Positions 40,994 to 52,324 are shown, counted from the first letter of the stretch. The stretch is DNA of 64,000 bases from Clostridia bacterium (GCA_045533905.1 JAZSIR010000021.1:1-64000), one strand, 5' to 3'. Program-made: numbers and translations. The notes: generated by a model not told the origin, from the sequence alone.

Positions 40994-43402
40994 CTATTTT
41001 ACCGGCTTTGTGTGCCAGATATTTTCGGCATATTCCGTGACGCTTCTGTCCGCCGCAAAAAGACCTGCACCGGCGATATTGCGAAGCGACATTTTCGTGA
41101 ACGCATCGCGGTCGGCATATACCGCGTCAATTTTATCGTGAATATCGCAGTAAGAAGCAAAATCGGCAAGGCACATGAAGGGGTCGCGACTTATGAGGCT
41201 ATCATAAATTGTATCAAAATTCTTGCCGCCAACGCCGCCGTGTTTGATAAATTCCAGAACGTCGCGGATGGCGCCGTTTTCATCATAATACTTTCTCGGG
41301 CTGTAGCCGCTTTGATATAAGGCATTTACCTCGGGCGTGGAAAGACCGAAAATGAAGATATTCTCTGCCCCTACGGATTCGAAAATTTCGACGTTTGCGC
41401 CGTCCATCGTGCCGCATGTTACGGCACCGTTTATCATAAGCTTCATATTGCCCGTGCCCGAAGCTTCTTTACCTGCCTGCGAAATCTGTTCGCTGATATC
41501 GGCGGCCGGAATGATAATTTCGGCAAGGGAAACGCGGTAGTCGGCAATGAACACAACCTTAATATATTCGCGCACCTCGGGGTCTCTTTCAATCATATCG
41601 GAAAGGGCCGAGATAAGGCGGATGATTTCCTTTGCCATATAGTAGCCCTTTGAGGCTTTTGCGGCAAAGATAAAGGTTTTCGGCTCGGGACGAAGGCCTT
41701 CAAACTTAATTTTTCTGTACATATACAGAATGTGCAGAACATTTAAAAGCTGCCGCTTATATTCATGAAGACGCTTTACCTGCACATCAAAAATGGAGTT
41801 CGGGTCAAGCGTGATGCCGTTGACTCTTGCCACATAGCCTGCAAGGCGCTTTTTATTGTCAAGCTTGATTTCGCGAAGGCGCGAGAGCACCTCGGCATCG
41901 TCCGCATACTCTCTAAAACGTGCAATATCCCAAAGGTTCTTTTCGAAGCCTCTGCCGATTTTTTCCGTCAGAAGTTCCGCGAGCCCCGGGTTTGCCTGGC
42001 AAAGCCATCTTCTGTGGGCAATGCCGTTTGTAACATTCGTAAGTTTTTCGGGGAACACGGCGTGAAATGCACGGAACGTATCTTCTTTGAGAATTTCCGA
42101 GTGGAGCTTCGATACACCGTTTACGCTGTAGCACGAAGCCATACAGAGGTTTGCCATTTTCACCATACCATCGGAGAGAATGGACATTTCGTTAAGGCTT
42201 CCCGAAAATGCAGTATGCTTTTCGAAAATCTCCGCGCAAAAACGGCGGTTAATTTCTTCAATAATCGTATAAATACGCGGCAGGATGGGACGGAAAAGGT
42301 CCACGGGCCACTTTTCAAGCGCTTCGCTCATAACGGTGTGGTTTGTGTAGGCGAGCGTTTTCGTGGTGATTTCCCAAGCTCTGTCCCACAGATAGCCGTA
42401 ATCGTCCATCAAAATGCGCATAAGCTCCGGCACACAAAGGGACGGATGCGTATCATTGATGTGAATGACAACCTTATCCGCGAGATTATCAAATGTGTTA
42501 TATTTTGTAAAATGCTTCCGCGTAATTTCCTGCAGCGATGCCGATACAAAGAAATACTGCTGGCGGATGCGGAGGGATTTGCCGTTATAATTATCGTCGG
42601 CAGGATACAAAACCTTCGAAATGGAGCTTGCAATCGCTTCTTTTTCGGAGGCCTTGCCGTGTTCGCCCTGCGCAAACAGATCCATATCAAAGCCGTGGCG
42701 CGTTTTGGCGCCCCAGAGGCGAAGGGTGTTGACAGCTTCGGTGTCATACCCAGAAATTAAAAGGTCGTGCGGTACGGCCGTAATCGGCACATAGTTTGTG
42801 TGCTCGGTGGTAAGGCCCTTTTCCGTCCAGTTTTCGTGCACATCGCCGTAAAAGCGGACTTCAACCGCTTCATCATTTCGCGGCACAAGCCACTGGCCGC
42901 CCATTTCGAGCCAGTCATCGGGGAACTCCGTCTGCCAGCCATCCACGATAACCTGCTTGAAAATACCGAAATCGTATTTGATGGAGTAGCCGGTGGCGGG
43001 ATAGGAAAGACTTGTCAGGGCATCCATATAGCAGGAAGCAAGACGACCGAGGCCGCCGTTACCGAGCCCTGCGTCAGGTTCCATTTCGTAAAGCTCTTCG
43101 ATATCGACGCCTGCCTCGGAAAGCATTGCGGCGACATCCTCTTCGATGCCGAGGTTCCACAGGTTATTACGAAGCGAGGTGCCCACCAGAAATTCCATAG
43201 ACATATAGTACACTTTTTTGGCCTCCGCCTCGCGCACCTTTTTGGAAAAGGCGTATTTCTTTTCGGCCAACACTTCGTTTGTAGCATGCAGCACCGCTTC
43301 ATACATCTGGCGGCGACTTGCCGTTTCCATATCGCTGCCGAAATGAATTTTCAAATATTCCGAAACTTTATCTTTAAATGTTTCCGAAGAAATGTTTGTC
43401 AT
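40994..43402 (-). CDS. glgP: Glycogen phosphorylase
   Basis: LGNGGLGRLASC, INDTHP, KRLHEYKRQ, EASGTGNMK. Confidence 0.97.
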   Translation of the reverse strand: MTNISSETFKDKVSEYLKIHFGSDMETASRRQMYEAVLHATNEVLAEKKYAFSKKVREAEAKKVYYMSMEFLVGTSLRNNLWNLGIEEDVAAMLSEAGVDIEELYEMEPDAGLGNGGLGRLASCYMDALTSLSYPATGYSIKYDFGIFKQVIVDGWQTEFPDDWLEMGGQWLVPRNDEAVEVRFYGDVHENWTEKGLTTEHTNYVPITAVPHDLLISGYDTEAVNTLRLWGAKTRHGFDMDLFAQGEHGKASEKEAIASSISKVLYPADDNYNGKSLRIRQQYFFVSASLQEITRKHFTKYNTFDNLADKVVIHINDTHPSLCVPELMRILMDDYGYLWDRAWEITTKTLAYTNHTVMSEALEKWPVDLFRPILPRIYTIIEEINRRFCAEIFEKHTAFSGSLNEMSILSDGMVKMANLCMASCYSVNGVSKLHSEILKEDTFRAFHAVFPEKLTNVTNGIAHRRWLCQANPGLAELLTEKIGRGFEKNLWDIARFREYADDAEVLSRLREIKLDNKKRLAGYVARVNGITLDPNSIFDVQVKRLHEYKRQLLNVLHILYMYRKIKFEGLRPEPKTFIFAAKASKGYYMAKEIIRLISALSDMIERDPEVREYIKVVFIADYRVSLAEIIIPAADISEQISQAGKEASGTGNMKLMINGAVTCGTMDGANVEIFESVGAENIFIFGLSTPEVNALYQSGYSPRKYYDENGAIRDVLEFIKHGGVGGKNFDTIYDSLISRDPFMCLADFASYCDIHDKIDAVYADRDAFTKMSLRNIAGAGLFAADRSVTEYAENIWHTKPVK

Positions 43403-43419
43403 ATTTTTCTTCCTCCCCC

Positions 43420-44841
43420 TTACAGTAATTCCCTATACATCGAAATATATGCATCGGCAGCGCCTCGCCAGCTCACATCCCGCGCCATGGCATTTTTGCG
43501 AAGCTTTGTAAAGTGCGGTTTGTTATGGTAAAGCGAAATGGCGCGGCGAACCGCATCCAGCATATCATACGCGTTGTAGCTCTGGAAGGTGATACCGTTC
43601 CCTTCTCCCGTCTCGGGGTTATACGCTTCTACCGTATCGCGAAGGCCGCCCACGGTGTGCACAATCGGCACGGTGCCGTAGCGCATCGCAATCATCTGCG
43701 AAAGGCCACACGGCTCGGATTTTGAAGGCATCAGGAAAAGATCTGCACCTGCATAAATCTTGGAGGCGAGTGCTTTGGAGAATTTCACAACGCCGCGCAC
43801 CTTGTCGTGGCATCTTCCTTCCCACTCGCGCATCATCGTCTCATATTCCCAGCTTCCGGTGCCGAGCACGATAAGCTGCATCGGAAGGGCGGAAAATTCG
43901 TCCATAATCTCATAGAAAAGGTCGAGCCCCTTCTGCTTTGTAAGGCGGGTGACCATACCGATAAGCGGCACATTTTCTTCCGTGGAAAGCGCCATCTCTT
44001 TCTGGAGCGCGATTTTATTATGCCGCTTATTCTGAAGGGTTGCGGCAGAATAGCGCGTTTTGATTTCGGGGTCTGTACCGGGGTCAAACACTTCTGTATC
44101 GAGCCCGTTTACAATGCCGCGGAGTTTATGGCGGCGCGCCCCTAAAATATGATGCAGACCGAAGGAATGCTCGGGCGCAAGGATTTCCTCCGCATAGCTT
44201 TGGCTTACGGTGGAAACGAGGTCCGCCGATTCAATGCCGCCCTTTAAGACATTGACGTCCCCATCATAAAGCATAACGGATTTCTGCGCTTCCGAAAGGC
44301 CGAAAAGCTCGCCTAAAATATACGGGTCAAACTTGCCCTGAAACTCGATATTATGAATAGAAAGCACCGTTTTGATATTCTGATACTCTTCGCGGTGGCG
44401 GTAAAAAGCATTGAGATACACGGGGACCATCGCCGTATGCCAGTCATTGGCATGGATAATGTCGGGCATAAAGTCAATTATGGGAAGCACTTCCAAAACG
44501 GTTCTTGAGAAGAAGGCGAAAATCTCGCCGTCATCATACGCGCCGTACACACTGTCCCGCTTAAAGTATTGCTCATTATCGATAAAATAATAGGTTACGC
44601 CGCCCTCTATGGCGCGGAAAATGCCGCAATAGCTTTTGCGCCAGCTGTTTTCGACGGTGATATTCGTTATATATTCCATCTTCTCGCGCATTTCGGGAGA
44701 GATGGCAGAATAGAGCGGCAAAATCACGCGGGCATCCACGCCCATACGGACAAGTTCTTTCGGAAGGCCGCCCATAACATCTCCAAGCCCGCCGACTTTA
44801 ATAAACGGAGAAGCCTCTGCGGCTGCAAATAAAATCTTCAT
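43420..44841 (-). CDS. glgA: Glycogen synthase
   Basis: KVGGLGDV, HANDWH, EPCGLSQ. Confidence 0.96.
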   Translation of the reverse strand: MKILFAAAEASPFIKVGGLGDVMGGLPKELVRMGVDARVILPLYSAISPEMREKMEYITNITVENSWRKSYCGIFRAIEGGVTYYFIDNEQYFKRDSVYGAYDDGEIFAFFSRTVLEVLPIIDFMPDIIHANDWHTAMVPVYLNAFYRHREEYQNIKTVLSIHNIEFQGKFDPYILGELFGLSEAQKSVMLYDGDVNVLKGGIESADLVSTVSQSYAEEILAPEHSFGLHHILGARRHKLRGIVNGLDTEVFDPGTDPEIKTRYSAATLQNKRHNKIALQKEMALSTEENVPLIGMVTRLTKQKGLDLFYEIMDEFSALPMQLIVLGTGSWEYETMMREWEGRCHDKVRGVVKFSKALASKIYAGADLFLMPSKSEPCGLSQMIAMRYGTVPIVHTVGGLRDTVEAYNPETGEGNGITFQSYNAYDMLDAVRRAISLYHNKPHFTKLRKNAMARDVSWRGAADAYISMYRELL

Positions 44842-44892
44842 TTCTGACCCCTCATTTACGAAATAGCCATTGGATATTCCAATGGCTATTTC

Positions 44893-44921
44893 AGTATATC
44901 ACATATTTTGCTTTTTGCCAA
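44893..44921 (-). promoter_or_regulatory. Internal promoter for glgA-glgP-malQ
   Basis: TTGGCA-17 bp-TATACT with extended TG, followed by a perfect 15-bp inverted repeat. Confidence 0.6.
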
Positions 44922-44929
44922 GACCTAGT

Positions 44930-46039
44930 TTACACCGTTTTCCCCTTTTTTATAATAAACGGGCAACTTTCCGTACCGAAAAGACGGCGACCGGCACCGA
45001 CGACAACATCCTTGTCCGTAATCACGCTCTCAAGCTCGGTCCCTTCTTCAATCACAGTACCCTGCATAATGATGGAATTTCGGATACGCGCGCCCTTTTT
45101 AATGACCACATCGCGGAAGATGATGCAGTTTTCCACCGTGCCGTCGATAACGGAGCCGTCCGCAACGAGTGAATCGCAGATTTTGGCTTCCTCGCCGTAC
45201 ATCGTGGGCACAGAGTCCTTAATCCGTGTTAAAATCTGGTTCTTGCCGTGGAAAAGCTCGAGGCGCACATCTTTTTTGAGAAGCTCCATATTCGTTTTGT
45301 AGAAGGTTTCCACGCTGTCAATCACCGAGATGTAGCCGTCTACACGGTAGCCGTAAATGCGATATTCCGAAAAGCCGTGCGCGATGACATCCTTCTTGAA
45401 GGAATACCACCCGTAGGTGATACCCTTTTCGATAAGCGAAATGAGAAGCTCCTTCTTCAGAATCATAAGCTCCAGCTGGGTGTTCTTCTCCTCCTCGTGC
45501 GGATACTGGTGAAACATCGTATCCACCACGCGGCCGTCTCCGTCCAGCATAATCTCAAGATTTCGCGTTTTGGTGTTCCGGCACGCATACGCCACGGTAA
45601 TATCGGCATTTTTCTCTTTATGATATTCCATAAACTTTTTAAGGTCTATGTTCATAACGATGTTAGAGTCGCACAGAATGCAATATTCAGGCAGTGCGCT
45701 TTTAATAAAATCCATCACGCTGTTTAAGGCTTCGATTTTATTGCCGAAAAAGGCCGTGTCCGCATCGTGGAGGAACGGCGTCAGGAATTTGATGCCGCCG
45801 TTTTTGCGGTTTAAGTCCCAGTCCTTGCCCCAGCCGACGTGGTCCATAAGAGAGCCGTACTTATTTCGCGTGACAAGCCCTATCGTATGCACATTGGCCC
45901 CTACGAGTGAGGAAAGCGCAAAGTCCACAATTCTGTACCGTGCACCAAACGGAATGGAAGCGAGCGTGCGGCCATCCGCAAGCTCTGAAAGGTCCAGCTT
46001 TTCATAGCTGTCTGCAAAAAGTATACAAAATGCGTTCAT
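44930..46039 (-). CDS. glgD: ADP-glucose pyrophosphorylase subunit GlgD
   Basis: ASIPFGARYRIVDF, SLMDHVGWGKDWDLNRK; follows glgC. Confidence 0.93.
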   Translation of the reverse strand: MNAFCILFADSYEKLDLSELADGRTLASIPFGARYRIVDFALSSLVGANVHTIGLVTRNKYGSLMDHVGWGKDWDLNRKNGGIKFLTPFLHDADTAFFGNKIEALNSVMDFIKSALPEYCILCDSNIVMNIDLKKFMEYHKEKNADITVAYACRNTKTRNLEIMLDGDGRVVDTMFHQYPHEEEKNTQLELMILKKELLISLIEKGITYGWYSFKKDVIAHGFSEYRIYGYRVDGYISVIDSVETFYKTNMELLKKDVRLELFHGKNQILTRIKDSVPTMYGEEAKICDSLVADGSVIDGTVENCIIFRDVVIKKGARIRNSIIMQGTVIEEGTELESVITDKDVVVGAGRRLFGTESCPFIIKKGKTV

Positions 46040-46050
46040 TTCGCTCCCCC

Positions 46051-47262
46051 CTATTCTCTTCCATAGCCGGGCTCAATCATTTCTCCCGCGCGCACAATCT
46101 GTCCCTTTTTTACCACGGCGCCCTGCCCCACAACGGCAATGCCCCATTTTTCCCCTTCCGAAAGGCTTTCGGGCGCGGCACCGACCACGGCGCCTTCTTC
46201 AATCACGGCATCGTCCGCTACAATAGCGTAGCGCACCTTCGCGCCTTCCGCGATGCGCGTATTGCGCATCGCAACGGAGTATTCCACCTCAGCACCCGCC
46301 TCCACCGAAACATTCGAAAACAAAATAGAGTAATTCAGTTTCCCGTTTACGAAGCAATCCTCCGTAACCATAGAATTGATAATTTCCGCATTACTGCTTA
46401 TGTAATGCGGCGTGGTTACATCGTGGCGGCAGTAAATGCGCCACAGGGGATCCCAGATATTAATGGCGATGCTCGGATTCAGAAGGTCCATATTGGCTTC
46501 CCAGAGATTTTCGATGGTTCCTACGTCCTTCCAGTACCCGTCAAAGGGATAGGCAAACATCCGCTCGCCCGCTTCGAGCATGGCGGGGATGACGTTTTTG
46601 CCGAAGTCATTGGCACTCGCCTCGCCCTTCTCTTCATCTTCAATCAGATACTGGCGAAGCTTTTTCCAGTTAAATATGTAAATCCCCATCGAAGCCTTTG
46701 TGGATTTCGGTTCTTTCGGCTTTTCCTCAAATTCGAAGATAGAAAGGTCCTCGCGCGTGTTCATAATGCCGTAGCTCGAGGCCTCGTCAATCGGCACATC
46801 CATAACGGCAATCGTCGCATCCGCATTTTTCTCCTTGTGGAAGCGGAGCATCCTGGCATAGTCCATTTTATAGACGTGGTCGCCGGATAGCACGAGAACA
46901 TACTCGGGATCATACTGCTCAATGAAGTTCATATTCTGGTACACAGCGTTTGCCGTGCCCTTATACCACGAGGCAGAGGAGCCCGTGTAGGGCGGCAGAA
47001 TATATACACCGCCGTGCATTCTGTCTAAATCCCACGGCTGTCCGTTTCCGATATAGGAATTGAGCTCCAGAGGTCTGTACTGCGTTAAAACACCGACGGT
47101 GTCAATCCCCGAATTGGTGCAGTTCGACAGCGTAAAATCAATAATTCTGTACTTGCCGCCAAACGGGACCGCAGGCTTTGCGCGCTGATTCGTAAGTACA
47201 TATAAGCGATTTCCCTGCCCGCCCGCAAGGAGCATGGCAATCATTTCTTTTTTCTTCGCCAC
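46051..47262 (-). CDS. glgC: Glucose-1-phosphate adenylyltransferase
   Basis: [37 protein letters not shown]; GTG start. Confidence 0.96.
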   Translation of the reverse strand: MAKKKEMIAMLLAGGQGNRLYVLTNQRAKPAVPFGGKYRIIDFTLSNCTNSGIDTVGVLTQYRPLELNSYIGNGQPWDLDRMHGGVYILPPYTGSSASWYKGTANAVYQNMNFIEQYDPEYVLVLSGDHVYKMDYARMLRFHKEKNADATIAVMDVPIDEASSYGIMNTREDLSIFEFEEKPKEPKSTKASMGIYIFNWKKLRQYLIEDEEKGEASANDFGKNVIPAMLEAGERMFAYPFDGYWKDVGTIENLWEANMDLLNPSIAINIWDPLWRIYCRHDVTTPHYISSNAEIINSMVTEDCFVNGKLNYSILFSNVSVEAGAEVEYSVAMRNTRIAEGAKVRYAIVADDAVIEEGAVVGAAPESLSEGEKWGIAVVGQGAVVKKGQIVRAGEMIEPGYGRE

Positions 47263-47285
47263 CTTGGGTTTCCCTCCAAACTATT

Positions 47286-49178
47286 TTACTTTTCGCCCTT
47301 CTTTGCTGCTTTTTTATAAAAATACATCGTGGAAAATGCGGGAAGCGAGAGCGCCACTGTATACGGCCGCCCGTGCATTTCTCCCTTTTCCGCGCGCACC
47401 TTTCCGTTTATAAGGCCGCTGCCGCCGTATTCTGCGGCATCTGTGGAAAACACTTCCTCATATACGCCGCGGCGTGGCACACCGATTTTATAGTTCTCCT
47501 GCACTTTGCCGGAGAAGTTGCTGACCGCGAGCAGGAGATTGCCCTTCTTATCCTTCCGGAAGAACGAAATGATGTTATTCGAATCATCGTCAAGCGCCGC
47601 CCAGTCGAATCCCTCCCACGAGGTGTCCTCCTCCCATAACGGCGCATACTTCTGATAGGTGCGGTTCATAGCCGCCACAAATTTCTTATGCTTTTCGTGC
47701 GCTTCGAACGAAAGAAGGTTCCAGTCGAGCTCCCGTTCCTCGTTCCACTCGATAAACTGCCCGATCTCCGTGCCCATAAAGAGAAGCTTTTTGCCGGGAT
47801 GCGCAAACATATAGCCGAGATAGGCGCGCACATTTGCGAATTTATCCTCGTATCCGCCCGGCATTTTCGATAAAATCGAAGCTTTGCCGTGCACCACCTC
47901 ATCGTGTGAGAGGGGCAGAATAAAGTTTTCGGAAAAGGCATATGTTAAAGAAAATGTCAGGTTATTATGGACGCCGCGCCGAAAAAACGGGTCGCTTTGC
48001 ATATAGCGGAGGGAATCGTTCATCCATCCCATATTCCACTTGTAGTTAAAGCCAAGCCCGCCCTCACTTACGGGGTGAGTGATAAGAGGCCACGCCGTCG
48101 ATTCCTCCGCAATCATCATAATGCCGGGGAACTCTGCGAACACGCGGGTATTGAGCGCCTGCAAAAAGCTTTTGGCTTCGAGATTGCCGTTGCCGCCGTA
48201 TTCGTTCGGGCGCCACTCGCCATCCTTCTTGCCGTAATCGAGGTAAAGCATCGAGGCGACCGCGTCCACACGGAGGCCGTCCACGTGGTATTTGTCAAAC
48301 CAGAAGGCGGCATTCGAAATTAAAAAGCAGCGGACCTCGTTTCTGCCATAATCAAAAATGCGCGTGCCCCAGTCGGGATGTTCTCTTTTCAAGGGGTCCG
48401 CATATTCATAAAGGCAGGTGCCGTCAAATTCATAAAGGCCGTGCGCATCCTTCGGGAAGTGGGCGGGCACCCAGTCGAGAATAACGCCGATGCCGTTTTG
48501 GTGGCACAAATCCACAAAATGCATAAAATCCTTCGGGGTGCCGTATCGTGCGGTGGGGGCGTAGTACCCCGTCACCTGATAGCCCCAGGATTTATCGTAG
48601 GGATATTCGGAAACGGGCATCACCTCGATATGTGTAAAGCCCATTTCTTTTACATACGGAATCAGCTCCTCTGCAAGCTTTTCATAACTGAAGGCGTTGC
48701 CGTCGGCATACTTTCGCCACGAGCCGAGGTGCATTTCATATATACTGACAGGCGCGTGGTACGGCGCCTTCCGCGCTTCCATCCACTTCTTGTCCTGCCA
48801 TCTGTAGCCGGCAAGCGTATAGACCTTAGAGGCCGTGCCCGGCTTTTCCTCCGCGTGGAAGGCATAGGGGTCGGCCTTCAGAAATTCGCGGCCGTCGGCT
48901 AAAACAATTCTGTATTTATAACTGTCAAATTCCTTTACGCCTTCGACAACACACTCGAAAACGCCGCCGCCTGTGATGCGCCACGCGCGGTTTCTGTAAG
49001 AATCCCAATCATTAAAAGAGCCGACAACATACACCTCTGCCGCGTTTGGACACCAGACGCGGAAGGTACACGTGTCGCCCTCCATATGCGCACCGAGATA
49101 CGAATAGGCGGTATAATTCGTTCCTTCATGGAATAAATATTCCGCTAAAGCCGTCTCTTCTCTCCCTTTGCTCTCCAT
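47286..49178 (-). CDS. glgB: 1,4-alpha-glucan branching enzyme
   Basis: SWGYQ, DWVPAHF, DGLRVDAV, AEES, LSHDEVVHGK. Confidence 0.97.
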   Translation of the reverse strand: MESKGREETALAEYLFHEGTNYTAYSYLGAHMEGDTCTFRVWCPNAAEVYVVGSFNDWDSYRNRAWRITGGGVFECVVEGVKEFDSYKYRIVLADGREFLKADPYAFHAEEKPGTASKVYTLAGYRWQDKKWMEARKAPYHAPVSIYEMHLGSWRKYADGNAFSYEKLAEELIPYVKEMGFTHIEVMPVSEYPYDKSWGYQVTGYYAPTARYGTPKDFMHFVDLCHQNGIGVILDWVPAHFPKDAHGLYEFDGTCLYEYADPLKREHPDWGTRIFDYGRNEVRCFLISNAAFWFDKYHVDGLRVDAVASMLYLDYGKKDGEWRPNEYGGNGNLEAKSFLQALNTRVFAEFPGIMMIAEESTAWPLITHPVSEGGLGFNYKWNMGWMNDSLRYMQSDPFFRRGVHNNLTFSLTYAFSENFILPLSHDEVVHGKASILSKMPGGYEDKFANVRAYLGYMFAHPGKKLLFMGTEIGQFIEWNEERELDWNLLSFEAHEKHKKFVAAMNRTYQKYAPLWEEDTSWEGFDWAALDDDSNNIISFFRKDKKGNLLLAVSNFSGKVQENYKIGVPRRGVYEEVFSTDAAEYGGSGLINGKVRAEKGEMHGRPYTVALSLPAFSTMYFYKKAAKKGEK

Positions 49179-49322
49179 TTTGTCACCTGCCTATATATGT
49201 CTTTGTATATATTGTATCATATCCGCTTATGTTTGTACAGAACTTTTATAAAAAGTTACCATTTTTGTGCAAATTTTATAGACTTCCCGCGTGTTTTTCG
49301 TGCTTTTTATGCCCCGGATGTA

Positions 49323-49351
49323 TTGACAAACCGACGTGGGGAGAGTATTCT
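49323..49351 (+). promoter_or_regulatory. Sigma-A promoter of the GH13 gene
   Basis: TTGACA-17 bp-TATTCT. Confidence 0.7.
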
Positions 49352-49386
49352 AAATACAAGCCTTACTGTCGGAGGGCACATTTTAT

Positions 49387-51228
49387 ATGCTGCAAGTTTT
49401 TTATGATTCGAAAAACGAAATATGCAAAAAACCGTTCGGCGCCGTGAAAACGGACGAAGCTGTCCGGTTTTCTTTGTATGTCTCGGGGGACGATTTGCCA
49501 AAAGGCGCTGCCTTCATCTATCGGGCGGACGCGTCACCGGATTCCATATATATCCCCATGACGCGCACGGAAGAACGGGAAGGTGGCGCCGTTTTTACGG
49601 CCGAGGTCTCTTTTCCCTGTGCGGATTTATATTTTTACCGCTTTGAACTGCAACGGCGCGAGGATGTTTTCTTTGTGGGCCTTTCGGGCGGCGTGGCCGC
49701 CATCGGCGACTGGCTCGGCGAGTGGCAGCTCACGGTGTACGATGCCGGTTTCCGGACGCCGCATTGGGCACGCGGCGGCATTCTATATCAAATTTTCCCC
49801 GACCGGTTCCGGAAAAGCGACGATTTTTCGCCGCTCCCTTCCAAAAACGAGCGAAAAATGCACGACGACTGGTATGATATACCCGAATTTATCTATGACA
49901 CGCCCGACTATCGCGCGAACGATTATTTCGGCGGCAACATTTTGGGTATTATAGGAAAAATTCCGTATCTGCAGACGCTGGGCGTGACGGCCATATACCT
50001 AAACCCCGTTTTTGAAAGCCCGGAATATCACCGCTACAGTACGGGTGATTACAAAAATATTGACCCCTATTTCGGCACAAACGAACAGTTTGAGGCGCTT
50101 TGCACCGCGTGCCGCAAGGCAGGAATCCGCGTAGTACTCGACGGCGTTTTCAGCCACACGGGCGCAGACAGCGTATATTTTAATAAGTATGGGCATTACG
50201 AGAGCGTAGGTGCGGCAAATTCCAAAGACTCTCCTTATTATAACTGGTACTCCTTTATAAAATACCCCGAAACGTACGAAAGCTGGTGGGGTTTTGAAAA
50301 TTTACCGAATGTCCGCGAAACACGCCCTGATTATATGGAATTTATTACAGGAGAAGGCGGCGTTCTCTCCTTCTGGCAGGAGAAAGGCGCCGGTGGCTGG
50401 CGGCTTGATGTGGCGGATGAGCTTCCCGATGCTTTCCTCGACAGTCTCTATGCCCGCGTGAAAAAAGAGGACCCCGAAGCGCTCGTTATCGGCGAAGTGT
50501 GGGAGGATGCGACGAATAAATTCGCCTATGGTATCCGCCGCCGCTATCTACTCGGCCGGCAGATGGACAGCGTGATGAACTATCCGTGGCGCACCGCCAT
50601 TTTGGAGTTTGTAAAGGACGGCGATGCCGCGCTTTTCGAAAGCCGTCTCCTTTCTATCCTCGAAAACTATCCCGAGCCTGCACTGCACACGCTTATGAAC
50701 TCCCTTTCGACGCATGACACCGTGCGCGCCATAACGTTTTTTGGCGTGGAGCACGACGTGCCCGACGAAGAGAAGGGCAACTATAAAATGACAGAGGAAG
50801 AATATCAAAACGGACGCGAAAAGCTCATGCGCGCCGCGTTTTTACAGTTTACGCTTCCCGGTATTCCTTGCATCTATTACGGGGATGAGGTTGGGCTTTC
50901 CGGCTTCCGCGATCCGTATTGCCGCATGGCGTACCCGTGGGGGCGCGAGGACGCGGCACTCTTTACGTTCTTCAAAAGCCTTGCCGCAGTACGCTCGGCG
51001 CACAGGGAGGACTTTTCTTCTCCTTTTAAGCCATATGCAAGAGAAGACGGACTCTACGCCTTTCTTCGCGGCGGTCTCCTCTGCGCGATAAACGAAGGAA
51101 AAGAGGCGGCGCCGCTTCTTTTCCAAGACCGCGAGTGCATATTCTCCCACGGAAAAGTGGAATTTCAAGATGATGGCGCACGCCTTTCGCCGGGTGCTTT
51201 TGTGCTACTTAAAAAGACTGCAAACTGA
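49387..51228 (+). CDS. GH13 neopullulanase/amylopullulanase-like enzyme (probable glycogen debranching)
   Basis: YQIFPDRF, DGVFSH, GWRLDVADE, GEVW, STHD, YYGDE. Confidence 0.92.
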   Translation: MLQVFYDSKNEICKKPFGAVKTDEAVRFSLYVSGDDLPKGAAFIYRADASPDSIYIPMTRTEEREGGAVFTAEVSFPCADLYFYRFELQRREDVFFVGLSGGVAAIGDWLGEWQLTVYDAGFRTPHWARGGILYQIFPDRFRKSDDFSPLPSKNERKMHDDWYDIPEFIYDTPDYRANDYFGGNILGIIGKIPYLQTLGVTAIYLNPVFESPEYHRYSTGDYKNIDPYFGTNEQFEALCTACRKAGIRVVLDGVFSHTGADSVYFNKYGHYESVGAANSKDSPYYNWYSFIKYPETYESWWGFENLPNVRETRPDYMEFITGEGGVLSFWQEKGAGGWRLDVADELPDAFLDSLYARVKKEDPEALVIGEVWEDATNKFAYGIRRRYLLGRQMDSVMNYPWRTAILEFVKDGDAALFESRLLSILENYPEPALHTLMNSLSTHDTVRAITFFGVEHDVPDEEKGNYKMTEEEYQNGREKLMRAAFLQFTLPGIPCIYYGDEVGLSGFRDPYCRMAYPWGREDAALFTFFKSLAAVRSAHREDFSSPFKPYAREDGLYAFLRGGLLCAINEGKEAAPLLFQDRECIFSHGKVEFQDDGARLSPGAFVLLKKTAN

Positions 51229-51244
51229 TGTTTGCAGTCTTTTG
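51211..51244. terminator. Bidirectional terminator
   Basis: AAAAAGACTGCAAAC-tgat-GTTTGCAGTCTTTTT. Confidence 0.85.
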
Positions 51245-51245
51245 T

Positions 51246-52181
51246 TTATATATGGTTTTCGTATCGTTCGGCCGTGATTTTCCCGTCTTCTATTATCAAA
51301 CGGCAAATTCGGGCGGTTCGTTTCTCTTCGTATTCTTGGCCGTATTTAGCGCCGCCCGCAAGGTCACGCGGCTCTCTGCCGTGATAAAATGCATACCACT
51401 CGCCATTATGGAAAAGTACGCTATGGTGCCCCGTGCCTTCCTCAAATTCGTTTTTAATGATAACGGGGGCAAACTCCCCGTTTTCCGTATGCTTTGTAAA
51501 TTCCACTTTCGTAAGGTCTGCCTCCGTAGTCTTGGCCGTGGCGTAGCCGATGTGGTACGTATCGTCCTGATAGCAGCCGCCGCTGTACATAAGGTACTGC
51601 CACTCCCCTTTTTGAAACCAGAATGCACCCTCAATCGTGTGCCACGGATTTTTCACGGGGTCATAGTCGGGCGTGAAAATTTCTTCGTCGAAATCTGCCG
51701 CAAGCTTTTCCACGGGCTTATGCTCGGGGGTGTAGGGGTCAAGAAGGCGGTCTACGAAAATACGCGTGCCGATTCTTTCGCCGTCCCATCTGTTTTCCGA
51801 GTGCCACAGGAAAAGACCGGCTTCGGTTTCTACTGCGTGCGAATCAATGGAAAACTCGGTATACAGCTGCTTTTCGTCCCTAAAAGGTCCAAGCGGTGCG
51901 TCGGATTTTGCCACGTGCATATATTCCTGAAATGTGCCTTCGTCATTGCAGGAAACGTAGATATAATACATGCCCTCATATCGGATAACGGACGGCGCCC
52001 AGTAATCGGTTTTTCCTTCGAATTTTGCCACAATGCCGCAGTATTCCCACTTGCCGAAAATATCGGCGGCTTCATACGCTTCGACGCCCTCCTCCCCCGT
52101 TACATAGAGATAAAAGACATCGCCATCTTTAAAAATAAACGGGTCCGGCTGTGTTCTTTCGTTTGTTATGCGAAGCTTCAT
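51246..52181 (-). CDS. GH43 glycoside hydrolase
   Basis: PDPF, YWAPSV, SIDSH, IEGA, GTGHHS; start re-called at ATG 52181 behind AGGAGGAG. Confidence 0.92.
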   Translation of the reverse strand: MKLRITNERTQPDPFIFKDGDVFYLYVTGEEGVEAYEAADIFGKWEYCGIVAKFEGKTDYWAPSVIRYEGMYYIYVSCNDEGTFQEYMHVAKSDAPLGPFRDEKQLYTEFSIDSHAVETEAGLFLWHSENRWDGERIGTRIFVDRLLDPYTPEHKPVEKLAADFDEEIFTPDYDPVKNPWHTIEGAFWFQKGEWQYLMYSGGCYQDDTYHIGYATAKTTEADLTKVEFTKHTENGEFAPVIIKNEFEEGTGHHSVLFHNGEWYAFYHGREPRDLAGGAKYGQEYEEKRTARICRLIIEDGKITAERYENHI

Positions 52182-52324
52182 CTCTTCTCCTCCTTGGTAT
52201 GTACTACCGAAAGTATAGCACACCCGAGAGCCTCTTGGCAAGAGATTTATTTGTCTATTTTAACATTTTTGTAGCACAATATCGCTAAAATGAATATATC
52301 CTATATTTATTTTGGAGTGATTGT

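Noticed and set aside
263-52274. Many long overlapping antisense ORFs (for example 2811-3785, 7510-8886, 41765-42760, 51228-52274)
   Set aside because: They are shadows of well-supported genes on the opposite strand, with no recognisable motifs.
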